A stretch of 64,000 nucleotides of DNA from Longimicrobiales bacterium. GTDB taxonomy: Bacteria > Gemmatimonadota > Gemmatimonadetes > Longimicrobiales > Gaopeijiaceae. The position numbers and the translations under genes were made by a program. The stretch is taken from positions 1,024,001 through 1,088,000 of the forward strand of contig OZ241869.1 in the NCBI GenBank assembly GCA_965202805.1, given 5' to 3'. The notes beneath the pieces are model-generated. The model ran no database searches. It saw only the letters and a program-made list of their open reading frames with translations, and was not told where the DNA came from. Shown here one piece after another: positions 21,953 to 31,875 of the stretch. How positions within the stretch are numbered: position 1 is the stretch's first letter; every line of letters starts with the position of its first letter.

Positions 21953-22729
21953 TCAGTCCCGATTCCTGCGTTCGAGGAACCGCCGCACCCCTTCCCGGCA
22001 GGTGTACGTAAGTCGGGCGGCGACGTTGATCTGGGCAGCCCGCGCAATTCCCTGGTCGAAGTCGAGGCTGTCGAGATCGTAGAGCAGCGTCTTGGAAAGA
22101 GCGACGGAGGAGGGAGCACGGCGGGCGAGTTCCCTCGCGTACGCCATGACCGTCGCTTCAAAGCCGTCCGCGGAGATCACCCGGGTCGCGATGCCCCAGG
22201 CCAGGGCGTCGGCGGCGGAGAAGCGGTCGCCGAGCGTGGCCAGTTCGAAGGCGCGCGCCTCCGACACCTTGCGCCGCAACAGGGTCATCACCAGGGCGGG
22301 GACGAAGCCCAGGTGCACTTCCGGGTAGCCCAGTTCCGCTTCCTCGTGCACCAGGACCACGTCGCACGCGGTCGCCAGGCCACAGCCGCCGCCGAGTGCC
22401 CGGCCGTGCACCGCCGCCACCACGGGCTTCGTCAACTGGCGCATCTGACCGAAGAGATTGCCCATGCGCAGCGCGTCCGCATGGATCTTCTCGGGCCCCA
22501 TGCTGGTGATCCGTTCCATCTCGGCGAGATCAGCGCCGGCACAGAAGTCCACGCCGGCCCCCCGCAGGAGTACGACGCGCACGGAAGAGTCGTTGCGCGC
22601 TTTGGTGAGCGCGGCCTTCAGCGACTGCACCATGTGTGAATCGAGCGCGTTGCGCTTGTGCGGACGGTTGAGTGTCAGCGTCAGCACCCGGTCCCCGACC
22701 CGGGAAAGAAGTCGCTCTTCCACGCTCAT
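21953..22729 (-). CDS. Enoyl-CoA hydratase (methylglutaconyl-CoA hydratase/AtuE-like)
   Basis: ATG 22729 in ATGA overlap; NRPHKRNAL, FCAGADL, GGGCGLATACD, YPEVHLGFVPA. Confidence 0.9.
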   Translation of the reverse strand: MSVEERLLSRVGDRVLTLTLNRPHKRNALDSHMVQSLKAALTKARNDSSVRVVLLRGAGVDFCAGADLAEMERITSMGPEKIHADALRMGNLFGQMRQLTKPVVAAVHGRALGGGCGLATACDVVLVHEEAELGYPEVHLGFVPALVMTLLRRKVSEARAFELATLGDRFSAADALAWGIATRVISADGFEATVMAYARELARRAPSSVALSKTLLYDLDSLDFDQGIARAAQINVAARLTYTCREGVRRFLERRNRD

Positions 22730-23115
22730 GAGTGTGTTTCGTCCTCTTCCCGGTCCCGGGGTATCCTGCCCCGCCCCCGGACACGCCTGGCGACCTCGTC
22801 GGGCACCTCCACCTCCATGCGCAACAGCGCAGTGGAAAACACCTTGCCCTGGGCGTCCATCATCAGGGAAACGGTCCCACCGCCGCCGAGCGCTCGGGGC
22901 AGCACGAAGTTCAGGGCGTTCAGGTTGGGAAGCTCGTAACGGGCGACCGTCCCCTTCACCATGTCTCCGAAGTGGTCCTGCACGCGGCCGGGAGTCAGCG
23001 CCTCGGCGAGCAGCGGATAGTGCTCGGGCTCGTAGGCGATCACGCCGATGTTGACCACGTCGCCCTTGTCGCCCGAGCGCGCGTGCGCGAGTTCGACGAG
23101 TTGGACGGCCGCCAT
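22726..23115 (-). CDS. Small AtuA-related protein (AtuA C-terminal-like domain)
   Basis: LAHARSGDKGD..NIGVIA, RYELPNLNALNF, LGGGG..SL..DAQGK. Confidence 0.85.
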   Translation of the reverse strand: MAAVQLVELAHARSGDKGDVVNIGVIAYEPEHYPLLAEALTPGRVQDHFGDMVKGTVARYELPNLNALNFVLPRALGGGGTVSLMMDAQGKVFSTALLRMEVEVPDEVARRVRGRGRIPRDREEDETHS

Positions 23116-23245
23116 GGTCAACGCCTCCGGGGGGTTCCGCGCCCGCCTGTGCCGATACGGCATGCGAGCGCCCGAGAGAAGATTGCAATCCCAGGCTCGG
23201 AAGGGAAACGTCCGGCCATCTTCGACGGCCGCCATGCCGGCGCGT

Positions 23246-24676
23246 TCATGCCTCCCGAATGTCCACATGCACAAAGGGCTCCACCGCCTCGCGCGGCACC
23301 AGGGCCGGCCAGAAGGCGGCCACTTCGCGCACGCGCGGGCGCCCCTCGCCGAAGCCGGTCACCGAGGGCGGGCCGGTCAGCACCAGCGGAGCGATCTCCC
23401 GGGTGAAGCGCGCCACCGGAGCCCGCTCGCGGCTGCGCACGGCGACCCGCAGCTGTACTTCGGGCAGGTCCGGCGGCGGCGGGCCCGCCAGCGCCCCGTG
23501 CGTCGAGTCCCACCCGACGAGGTCGGTGCGCATCTCGTCGAAGCGAAGCCCGAGCCGGTCCAGGCGGGCCCGCAGGACGCGGGCGGCCGCGCGCGCCTTG
23601 GCGGCCGCGTCCGGCCAGGCGTACACGAGCGTGCCGACGGCCCTCCACCCCCCCGAGTACACGATGGACGCCTTGAGCCAGCCGTTGGGCGGGCGGCCGC
23701 GCGCGCCCGTCACCCGCACCCGGTCCTTCCCCGCCCCGCTCAGGCGGACGGTGGTGAAGTCCGCGACCACGTCCGGCGTGGCATAGGCGGCCGGGTCGCC
23801 GATCTCGTAGACGATCTGCTCGGTGACGGTGGCGGGGCTCACGCGCCCCCCCGACCCCTCGTGCCTGGTGACCACGAACTCGCCGGAGGGCTCGGCCTCG
23901 ATGATGGGAAAGCCGACCCGGTCGAGGTCGGGGATGCTCCACCACTCGGCCAGGCAGTTCCCCCCGGTGCACTGGGCGCCGCACTCGTTGACGTGGCCCG
24001 CCACCACCCCGGCGGCCAGACGGTCGTAGTCGTCCGCCGCCCAGCCGAACTCGTGCAGCAGGGGCGCCATCGTGAGGGCGGCGTCCACGCAGCGGCCGGT
24101 CACCACCACGTCGGCGCCCCGCCCCAGAGCCTCCGCGGTCGGGAACGCGCCCAGGTAGACGTTGGCCCCCGTCACCCGCTCGCGGATGCTCGCCAGCGGC
24201 TCGCCGGTCTCCATGTTGCGCAGCTCGTGGCCGCCGGCGAGCAACTCGTCCAGCCGGGGCATGAGGTCGTCGCCGGTCACCACCCCCAGCCGCACGCGTC
24301 CGCGCACCCCCGCCCGCCGGGCCGCGCGCGCCACCTCCGCGGCGCATCCTCCGGGATTCACCCCCCCGGCGTTGGCGACCACCCGGATGCCGCGCTCCAG
24401 GCAGGCGGGCAGGATGCGCTCCATCAGCGAGACGAAGTCGCGCGCGTACCCGGCCTCCGGATTGCGGGCCCGCTGCTTGTGCAGGATCGACATGGTCACC
24501 TCGGCCAGGTAGTCCATGACCAGGTAGTCGATCGGTCCCTCCTCGACCTGGCGCACCGGCGCGTCCAGGTCGTCGCCCCAGAAGCCGCCCGCGCCCGCGA
24601 CCCGCACCGGGCGCGCGCCGCCGGACCCGCCGGGCCGGGAAGCGCGCGTTCCCCGGGGGACTCCGGATGCCGTCAC
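23246..24676 (-). CDS. Acyclic terpene utilization AtuA family protein (DUF1446)
   Basis: GFWGD, DYLAEVTM, NAGGVNP, ANVYLGA, VVTGR, AGHVNECGAQCTGGN, EQIVYEIGDP. Confidence 0.9.
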   Translation of the reverse strand: MTASGVPRGTRASRPGGSGGARPVRVAGAGGFWGDDLDAPVRQVEEGPIDYLVMDYLAEVTMSILHKQRARNPEAGYARDFVSLMERILPACLERGIRVVANAGGVNPGGCAAEVARAARRAGVRGRVRLGVVTGDDLMPRLDELLAGGHELRNMETGEPLASIRERVTGANVYLGAFPTAEALGRGADVVVTGRCVDAALTMAPLLHEFGWAADDYDRLAAGVVAGHVNECGAQCTGGNCLAEWWSIPDLDRVGFPIIEAEPSGEFVVTRHEGSGGRVSPATVTEQIVYEIGDPAAYATPDVVADFTTVRLSGAGKDRVRVTGARGRPPNGWLKASIVYSGGWRAVGTLVYAWPDAAAKARAAARVLRARLDRLGLRFDEMRTDLVGWDSTHGALAGPPPPDLPEVQLRVAVRSRERAPVARFTREIAPLVLTGPPSVTGFGEGRPRVREVAAFWPALVPREAVEPFVHVDIREA

Positions 24677-24680
24677 GGCC

Positions 24681-26441
24681 TCACGCCACGCCCGGGGGCA
24701 GGTGGAACGCCCCCAGGTGCGGCCCCGGGTTGTTGAGTGCCGCCCGCAGCAGCAGCGCCAGCGCCCCGCGCAGTTCCCCGGGCAGCACCACCTCGTCCAC
24801 GAACCCGCGGGCGCCGGCAAAGCGGGCATCCAGCTGGCGATCGTAGTCCTCCCGCACCTCGTCCATGCGCGTGCGCAGCTCCTCGTCCGGCACCTCGCCG
24901 CGCTCGCGAAGCTCCTCGAGCTGCCGGCTGAAGAGCGCCATGACGGCGCTCTCGCCCTCCATCACCCCCATCCTCCCCGTGGGCAGCGACAGGATGAAGT
25001 CCGGATCGAAGCCCTGGCCCGCCATGGCGTAGTAGCCGGCCCCGGAGGCGTGGTTGAGGGTCAGCACCAGCTTGGGCACGGTGGCGGTCGCCATCGCCTC
25101 CACGAAGTGTGCGCCCGCGCGGATGATCCCCGAGCGCTCCGCCTTCGGCCCCACCATGAAGCCGGATACGTCCTGTACGAAGAGCAGCGCTCTGCGGCGG
25201 CGATTCATGGTCTCGATGAAGCCGGCAACCTTCTCCGCGCTCGTCGTATAGACGATGCCCCCGAACCGGGGCGGCCCGCCTTCCGCGTCGCGCACCATGC
25301 CGCGGGCGTTGGCGATGACCGCGATCCGCATCCCCCGGATGGCGCCGGTTCCGCACATCATCTCGGGGGCGTAGTCGGGCTGGTACTGCACCAGCCCCGG
25401 CTCGTCCAGGATGCAGCGCAGGACCTCGGGCATGTCGTAGGGATGCCGGTGATCGTCGGGGAGGAGGTCGTAGAGGTCCTCGGCAGGCCGGGCCGGGCCG
25501 ATGCGGGAAGGTGCGCGCTCAGTCGGAGATCCCCGGGATTCGCCCGACGCCACCCCCTGTCCGGCCCGGTCCACGCCCGGGCGCGACGCATCTCCGGACA
25601 CGGCCCCGGCCCCGGCCCCGCGCGGGAGGGCCTCGATCAGCACGCGAATCTTCTCGATGCAGGCCGGATCGTCCTTCGCCAGGTAATGCGCGACCCCGCT
25701 GACCGATGTGTGCATGCGCGCGCCCCCCAGCTCCTCCGCCTCCACCGTCTGCCCGATGGCGCCCTTGACCAGGTTGGGACCCCCGAGCCCCATGAAGCTG
25801 GTGCCCTCCACCATCACGATCACGTCGGAGAGCGCGGGCAGGTAGGCGCCCCCGGCGATGCACGGACCCATGACCGCGGCGATCTGGGGGATTCCCAGGT
25901 AGCGGCGCATGAGGGAGTTGTAGTAGAAGATGCGCGCGGCTCCGTATTTTCCCGGGAAGACGCCTCCCTGGTACGGCAGGTTGACCCCCGCCGAGTCCAC
26001 GAGATAGACGATGGGGATGCGGCAGCGCATGGCGATCTCCTGCGCGCGCAGGATCTTGGCGATGGTCTCGGGCCACCACGCTCCCGCCTTCACGGTCGCG
26101 TCGTTGGCGACCACGACCACCTCGCGGCCGTGGACCCGGCCCACGCCGGTGACCACCCCGGCGGCGGGCGCGCGCCCGTCGTAGAGGTCGTGCGCCACCA
26201 GGAGGCCGATCTCGACGAAAGGCTCGCCGGGGTCGAGCAGCGCGGCGACCCGCTCGCGGGCCGTCCACTTGCCCCGGGCGTGCTCGCGCTCGATGCGCTT
26301 CGGCCCGCCACCCAGCCGCAGCCGCGCCCGCAGATCCTCGAGCTCCTCGGCGAGCCGGCGTACCCGATGGACGCCCGGGCCCCCGGCGGAGCCGCGCCCG
26401 CCGCTCCCGGCGCGAGCCGACCCGGCGCCGCGTGGGCTCAC
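24681..26441 (-). CDS. Acyl-CoA carboxylase carboxyltransferase subunit (MccB/LiuB/AtuC-like)
   Basis: GTG 26441 overlapping the upstream stop; [35 protein letters not shown]. Confidence 0.9.
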   Translation of the reverse strand: MSPRGAGSARAGSGGRGSAGGPGVHRVRRLAEELEDLRARLRLGGGPKRIEREHARGKWTARERVAALLDPGEPFVEIGLLVAHDLYDGRAPAAGVVTGVGRVHGREVVVVANDATVKAGAWWPETIAKILRAQEIAMRCRIPIVYLVDSAGVNLPYQGGVFPGKYGAARIFYYNSLMRRYLGIPQIAAVMGPCIAGGAYLPALSDVIVMVEGTSFMGLGGPNLVKGAIGQTVEAEELGGARMHTSVSGVAHYLAKDDPACIEKIRVLIEALPRGAGAGAVSGDASRPGVDRAGQGVASGESRGSPTERAPSRIGPARPAEDLYDLLPDDHRHPYDMPEVLRCILDEPGLVQYQPDYAPEMMCGTGAIRGMRIAVIANARGMVRDAEGGPPRFGGIVYTTSAEKVAGFIETMNRRRRALLFVQDVSGFMVGPKAERSGIIRAGAHFVEAMATATVPKLVLTLNHASGAGYYAMAGQGFDPDFILSLPTGRMGVMEGESAVMALFSRQLEELRERGEVPDEELRTRMDEVREDYDRQLDARFAGARGFVDEVVLPGELRGALALLLRAALNNPGPHLGAFHLPPGVA

Positions 26442-26860
26442 GTCGCAGCCCGCGCCGACGAAGCGAACCACTCGCGGATGTAGCGGACCGCGTCCCTGGT
26501 GCGCGTGCCCGGCCCGAAGAGCCGGCCGATCCCCGCGGAGTGGAGGGCGTCCGCATCCTCGTCGGGGATGATGCCGCCTCCGGTGACCAGCACGTCGCCC
26601 AGTCCCGTCTCGTCGAGCAGCGCCTTCACCCGGGGCAGGAGGGTCATGTGGGCGCCCGAGAGAATCGACAGCGCCACCACGTCCGCGTCCTCCTGCAGGG
26701 CGGCTTCCACGATGGTCTCCGGCGTCTGGTGAAGACCGGTGTAGACGACCTCGAAGCCGGCGTCGCGGAAGGCGCTCACGATCACGCGCGCCCCGCGGTC
26801 GTGGCCGTCGAGTCCCGGTTTCGCCACCAGGACGCGGATCCTGCGGTGTGATGTCGTCAT
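26438..26860 (-). CDS. Cobalamin-binding domain protein (acyl-CoA mutase small subunit)
   Basis: [12 protein letters not shown] (DxHxxG), SILSGAH, GGIIP; 140 aa. Confidence 0.93.
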   Translation of the reverse strand: MTTSHRRIRVLVAKPGLDGHDRGARVIVSAFRDAGFEVVYTGLHQTPETIVEAALQEDADVVALSILSGAHMTLLPRVKALLDETGLGDVLVTGGGIIPDEDADALHSAGIGRLFGPGTRTRDAVRYIREWFASSARAAT

Positions 26861-27885
26861 GGGTCCTCGTCCCCGGACAGGATACCTCCCCCGGCGAGCA
26901 AACGCCGTGCCGCTTCGTACACCGACTCCCGCCCGCCCGCCACCCTCCGCGCCGCCTCCGCAAAGCCGCCGTCCCCCGCCACCCGGCCCAGGTGAGCCTC
27001 CAGGGCGGTGCGCACCTCCGCCCGGATGCGTGCCTCCGCGCGGGCGAGGCGGCGTGCCTCCAGCGCCCCCGAGCCCGCGAGGCTGCGGCGGTGGTCCTCG
27101 ATGGCGTCCGCGATGGCGATGATCCCTTCGCCCGCCGTGGCGACCGCAGTGAGCACGGGGGGTTCCCACCCGGCGACCGCGCTGTCCCCCGCGGTGCGGC
27201 GGCGACCCAGCCCGACCGCGTCGCGCAGCTGTCGCACCAGCGCGCGTGCACCCGGTCGATCCGCCTTGTTCACCACGAGGACATCCGCCACTTCGGCCAG
27301 CCCGGCCTTCATGGCCTGTACTTCGTCGCCCGATTCGGGGGTGAGCACCACCACCACCGTGTCGGCGGCTTCCGCCACGCCCAGCTCGGTCTGGCCGACC
27401 CCCACCGTCTCCAGGAGGATGCGGCCGAACCCGCTCCCCTCCATCAGGTCGACGACGTCGTGCACCGCTTCGGCCAGGCCGCCGCCCGCCCCGCGCGTCG
27501 CCATCGAGCGGATGAAGACGCCCTGGTCGAGCTGGAGCGGCGCCATGCGCACCCGGTCTCCCAGAAGCGCGCCCCCGGAGTACGGCGACGTGGGGTCCAC
27601 CGCGACGATCGCCACCTCCTCTCCCGCGCCGCGGAAAGCCCGGGCCAGCGCCGCCACCAGGGTCGACTTCCCAGCCCCGGGCGGCCCGGTGATCCCCGTC
27701 CGATGGGCCCGGCGGCCGCGCCCCGCCACCTGCGCCAGCAGCTCGCGGAAGCCCGGGCGCCGATCCTCGACCACCGAAATGGCCCGTGCCAGCGCCGCCC
27801 GCTCACCCGCGCCGCACCGCTCCGCAAGCGACCGCCCCGCTACGGCCGCCACGGTCCGCGCCCCCTGGCCCGCTACGGCCGCCAT
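26857..27885 (-). CDS. meaB: Methylmalonyl-CoA mutase-associated GTPase MeaB/ArgK
   Basis: [45 protein letters not shown]. Confidence 0.93.
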   Translation of the reverse strand: MAAVAGQGARTVAAVAGRSLAERCGAGERAALARAISVVEDRRPGFRELLAQVAGRGRRAHRTGITGPPGAGKSTLVAALARAFRGAGEEVAIVAVDPTSPYSGGALLGDRVRMAPLQLDQGVFIRSMATRGAGGGLAEAVHDVVDLMEGSGFGRILLETVGVGQTELGVAEAADTVVVVLTPESGDEVQAMKAGLAEVADVLVVNKADRPGARALVRQLRDAVGLGRRRTAGDSAVAGWEPPVLTAVATAGEGIIAIADAIEDHRRSLAGSGALEARRLARAEARIRAEVRTALEAHLGRVAGDGGFAEAARRVAGGRESVYEAARRLLAGGGILSGDEDP

Positions 27886-29543
27886 CGACGCGATCCAAGC
27901 CCGCGCGCGTGGCGCAACGGGTTGTCCAGCAGATGCGCGGGGACGACCAGCACGACCAGGAACAGCACCAGGGCGGCAAGCAGCCCGGCGGCCAGGACCC
28001 ACACGTTGTCGAGCGAGATGTAGATGATTGCCGAGATGAGCGCGGTGGAGGCGGCGAAGATCGACAGCAGCAGCCGTCGGCCCAGCAGGGTGAGGGAGCG
28101 CTCGATGCCCTGGATGTCGCGCGGATGCACCCGCACCCGCAGGTTCTCGCGTTCGGCCCGCACCAGCAGCTCGCGCGCGGACCGCACCAGCCCGCTGGTC
28201 TCGGACCACATGTCCCTGGCGATGGCGACCGGTTCCCGGCCCGCCGTGCGCAGAATCTCGCCCCGGTGGGCGCCCACCACCCTGCGGAAGACGGCGAAGG
28301 AGTCGAAGCGGGCGTCATAGGCGGCTCCGATGCCCTCGAGCAGCACGAGCGTGCGGAACAGGTAGACGAGTTCGCGCGGGAGCATGAGGGGCCAGGTGTA
28401 GAAGGTGTCCAGCACCTCGCGCACGCTGTCCTGAACGCGCCGCCGGCCGGCCTGTCCGTTCTTGCGCGCGCCCTCCACCACCCGCACGATCTCCGCAGCC
28501 GCCTCGCGGATCTCCCCGCGCGACACCTCCGGGCCGATCATCCCCAGCCGGTACATCGCGCCTATGGCGCCGTCGATGTCTTCGCGCATGACCGCCATCG
28601 ACAGGCCGAGGAGGCTCTGGCGGGTCCAGCGCGGCACCTCGATGACGGCGCCCCAGTCTAGCACCACCAGCGACCCGTCCTCCGCCACCAGCAGGTTCCC
28701 CGGATGGGGATCGGCGTGCAGGAACCCGTCCATCATCATCATGCGCAGGTATACCGAGGACAGCCGTTCCATCAGCAGGCTCGCCGAAGGGCGTCCCCGC
28801 CGCACGCGGTCTCCCAGGCGATCGATGCGGATGCCCTCCATGTACTGCATCACCATCACGTGCCTAGTGGTCATGTCGTCGAAGACGCGCGGCGCCCTGA
28901 CGGCGCGGTCCCCGGCGAAGGCGCGCCGGAAGCGCCTGGTGTTCTCGGCTTCCACCCGCAGATCCATCTCTTCCCGCACCTTCACGGAGAATTCGCGAAT
29001 CACGTTGGCCAGCGCCCGCATGTGGTGGTTGGGGAACAGCACGTTCAGCCAGAAGACGATCCGGAACGCGGTATCCACGTCCAGCGCGACCCGCTGTTCC
29101 ACGTGCGGACGGAGCACCTTCACCGCCACGTCGCGTCCGTCGAGCCGGGCCCGGTGCACCTGTCCGAGGCTGGCTGCCGCCATGGGCTCGCGGTCGAAGC
29201 TCTCGAACAGATCCGGGAGCCTGCCGCCGAGCTCCTTCTCGATCACGCCCACGATCGCGTCCGGGGAAGCGGGCGGCACCTGGTCGCGGAGCGTGCCTGC
29301 GGACGTCAGATAGGGCTCCGGAAGGATGTCGGCGCGCGAGGCGAACATCTGCCCCAGCTTGATGAAGGCAGGTCCGAGGGCAGCGATGGTCCCGACCAGC
29401 CGGGCGGCGCGGCGCTCGTGGTGTCGCGGCCCTCGGCGCGCAGGGCGTCCGACCACGATCCAGCGTCGGCGGTCGCGCAGGAACGCGATCAGGAACGGCA
29501 GCAGACGAAGCAAGACCCACGCAAATCGTGCGATGCGCCTCAT
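27873..29543 (-). CDS. AarF/UbiB/ABC1 family atypical kinase
   Basis: LGPAFIKLGQ, AAASLGQVH, VAVKV, HADPHPGN, LDWG; two C-terminal TM helices. Confidence 0.92.
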   Translation of the reverse strand: MRRIARFAWVLLRLLPFLIAFLRDRRRWIVVGRPARRGPRHHERRAARLVGTIAALGPAFIKLGQMFASRADILPEPYLTSAGTLRDQVPPASPDAIVGVIEKELGGRLPDLFESFDREPMAAASLGQVHRARLDGRDVAVKVLRPHVEQRVALDVDTAFRIVFWLNVLFPNHHMRALANVIREFSVKVREEMDLRVEAENTRRFRRAFAGDRAVRAPRVFDDMTTRHVMVMQYMEGIRIDRLGDRVRRGRPSASLLMERLSSVYLRMMMMDGFLHADPHPGNLLVAEDGSLVVLDWGAVIEVPRWTRQSLLGLSMAVMREDIDGAIGAMYRLGMIGPEVSRGEIREAAAEIVRVVEGARKNGQAGRRRVQDSVREVLDTFYTWPLMLPRELVYLFRTLVLLEGIGAAYDARFDSFAVFRRVVGAHRGEILRTAGREPVAIARDMWSETSGLVRSARELLVRAERENLRVRVHPRDIQGIERSLTLLGRRLLLSIFAASTALISAIIYISLDNVWVLAAGLLAALVLFLVVLVVPAHLLDNPLRHARGLGSRRWRP

Positions 29544-29966
29544 GGTGGAGTCGTAGCCTCTTCGTCGCAGCGTGAAAGGGACGGGATGCCGTTGAGGCCG
29601 CGAGCTCCCGCGCCAGCGGACGAGGGGACCGGCCCCGGGCGGAATCCCCGAACGTGGAGACACCCGGTGCTGCAAAGCTGGCCGCAACCTGCCGGCTTCG
29701 TCTACCCCGGAGGCTGCACGGGGATCACGGAGCCGGATTCCGGGAAGCCGTCGGGCACCGGAAGGCGACCCTCCCGGTGGACGAGTCCGCGGCTGCGGCG
29801 CATCTTGGTCCCGGCCCGTGCAACCACGCGGACACTGTTCGAGTCCCAGGGAAGAGCCGACTGCGGGCTGCGTCGGCTTCTCGACGCCGCCATCGACCGT
29901 TTGCACCTTGTTGCGGACGAGTCCGGTCGCGTTTTCCTCAACTGCTCACGGAGGTTCCTCGAGACC

Positions 29967-31193
29967 ATGAACGCCAAGGCCGAACGCATCCGTTTCGGAT
30001 ATCCGACCAGGCTCGCGCTGCAGGGAATCGGCGCTACCGCCGCGCTGGTCCTCGCCGGAGCCTGTGGCAGCGAGGGCGCCGAAGGGGATCGCACCGGCCT
30101 CGGTCCGGTGCAGGCGGCGCTCGAACACGAGTTCGCCGTAATCCAGACCGTGCGCGAGCTGCCGGAGGGGCGCGTGCTGGTGGCCGATCCGCTGGGGCAG
30201 ACGCTGCTGGTGGTCGACATGGAGGCCGGAACCACCGCCTCCATCGGGCGCGTGGGCGAGGGCCCGGAGGAGTACCGCCAGCCGGACGCGGTATGGCCGC
30301 TGCCGGGCGACAGGTCGCTCCTCGTGGACCTGGGCAACGGGCGCCTGACGGAAATGGGCGCGGACCTGAGCTTCGGGGACACGCGGCCCTACATGCTGGG
30401 CTCCTTCCAGATGGGTGCGCCCCTGATGCTCGCCATTCCGCAGGGCGTGGACGGCCGCGGGGGGATCTTCTTCCAGGGCTTCGGGATGACTGCGGGCGGG
30501 GACGTCGCGGACTCCTCGCAGGTGCTCCGCTACGACCTGGAGACAGAGGCGGTGGACACGATGGCGAGCGTCAAGCTGACCGACCGCACCCGCCGCACCT
30601 CGGGCGGTCCGAACAACCAGAACGTGTCGATCTCGCCGATTCCACTCTCCCCGTCAGATTCGTGGGGGGTGGCGGCGGATGGCCGGGTGGTGGTCGCCCG
30701 CTCGGTCGCCGGATCGGAGGAGTTCTGGGTGGAGTGGTTCGCGCCGGATGGCGAGGTGACGCGCGGGCCGCCCTATCCGTACGCCCCGGTGGACATCGGG
30801 AGGGCGGAGATGGAGGAGTGGCGCGACGCCCAGGCCGAGACCGGCGGCGGCATGACCATCCAGGTCACCGGGGTCAACGGCAGAATGGACATGCGCGCGG
30901 GCCGCGGCGGGGCCCCGGGCAACGACGACCTGGACAGCTACGAGTGGCCCGAGAGCAAGCCGGCGTTCCAGGGACGCATTCCCGTCGACCCGACGGGACG
31001 CGCCTGGGTGCGGCGGCATACCGCGGCGGGCGATGCCCCCGTCTACGATCTCTTCGACGGCTCCGGGACGCGCACGGCGACCATCGAGCTGCCGATGGAG
31101 CGCCGGGTGGTGGCGTTCGGCGACGGCGTGGTCTACGCGGTGCGCATGGACGAGTTCGACCTGCAGTACCTGGAGAGGTACGGGCTGCCATAG
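29967..31193 (+). CDS. Putative lipoprotein, 6-bladed beta-propeller-like
   Basis: LAGAC lipobox; IGRVGEGPEEY; C-terminal DEFDLQYLERY. Confidence 0.75.
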   Translation: MNAKAERIRFGYPTRLALQGIGATAALVLAGACGSEGAEGDRTGLGPVQAALEHEFAVIQTVRELPEGRVLVADPLGQTLLVVDMEAGTTASIGRVGEGPEEYRQPDAVWPLPGDRSLLVDLGNGRLTEMGADLSFGDTRPYMLGSFQMGAPLMLAIPQGVDGRGGIFFQGFGMTAGGDVADSSQVLRYDLETEAVDTMASVKLTDRTRRTSGGPNNQNVSISPIPLSPSDSWGVAADGRVVVARSVAGSEEFWVEWFAPDGEVTRGPPYPYAPVDIGRAEMEEWRDAQAETGGGMTIQVTGVNGRMDMRAGRGGAPGNDDLDSYEWPESKPAFQGRIPVDPTGRAWVRRHTAAGDAPVYDLFDGSGTRTATIELPMERRVVAFGDGVVYAVRMDEFDLQYLERYGLP

Positions 31194-31390
31194 GCGAGGT
31201 GGCTGGCTGGGCGGGCGAAATAGCGGGGATGAAGCAAGGCTTACCGGAACCGTCAACATCTCTGCGGCACTAGCTTAGCTAAGCTAAGACAAGTCTAAAG
31301 AGGGGCGCTGAAGTACCTGTCACCGCCACTGGGCAAGTGAGTTCGTGGAGCGGATCCGCACGGCGCTCAAGCAGTAGGACCGGCCTGAGG

Positions 31391-31711
31391 CTATTCTGTT
31401 TCGGCGATACCGGCCAGCTCGATCGGTGGCCGGTCGGGGAACCTCGCGATCAACGAGAGGCTGCCTCCCATTGCCTCGACGGTCTTGCGCAGCGTCGAGA
31501 GGAGGAGGTCGCTGCGCTGCTCCATCCTGGAGATGCCCTCCTGGCCGATGCCAAGTTCACGAGCCAGGCTGACTTGTGTGAGCTTACGGGCTTTGCGCAG
31601 TTCGCGCAGCGTCATCTCCTCCGCAATGAGTTCGGCAGCGCGCTCCTCAACCCGGCCCCGCCGCGTAGGGTCAAGTCCTTCGATCAGGTCGTCCACGTTC
31701 AATGCCATCAT
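31391..31711 (-). CDS. XRE-family HTH antitoxin (HigA-like)
   Basis: LRELRKARKLTQVSLARELGIGQEGISRMEQRSDLLLSTLRK; AGGAG RBS. Confidence 0.88.
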   Translation of the reverse strand: MMALNVDDLIEGLDPTRRGRVEERAAELIAEEMTLRELRKARKLTQVSLARELGIGQEGISRMEQRSDLLLSTLRKTVEAMGGSLSLIARFPDRPPIELAGIAETE

Positions 31712-31722
31712 GTTTCTCCTTC

Positions 31723-31824
31723 CTAAGCCAGTGTTGCCAAGTGTCGCTCGAAGCGCTCGTCGACCTTGCGGAGCACATGGAACTCGGGCGCGAACTCATC
31801 GGCGATCTCGACCGTCCAGTTCAT
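31723..31824 (-). pseudogene. Internally deleted RelE/HigB-like toxin remnant (33 aa)
   Basis: Own translation MNWTVEIADEFAPEFHVLRKVDERFERHLATLA* joins the typical N- and C-termini of this toxin family; sits directly upstream of the antitoxin. Confidence 0.72.
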
Positions 31825-31831
31825 CGTTGCA

Positions 31832-31851
31832 ATATGTCTTCGACGACATAT
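31832..31851. promoter_or_regulatory. Palindromic operator of the TA module
   Basis: ATATGTC-N6-GACATAT, 8 nt upstream of the toxin remnant ATG. Confidence 0.7.
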
Positions 31852-31875
31852 GCTGGCAATGGGCGGGGCATCCTT

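Noticed and set aside
29544..29966. Cobalamin riboswitch upstream of the meaB/B12 operon
   Set aside because: Context is suggestive, but I could not find the B12-box or other core riboswitch motifs on either strand; only an 11-nt repeat (ggacgagtccg). An Rfam scan would settle it.
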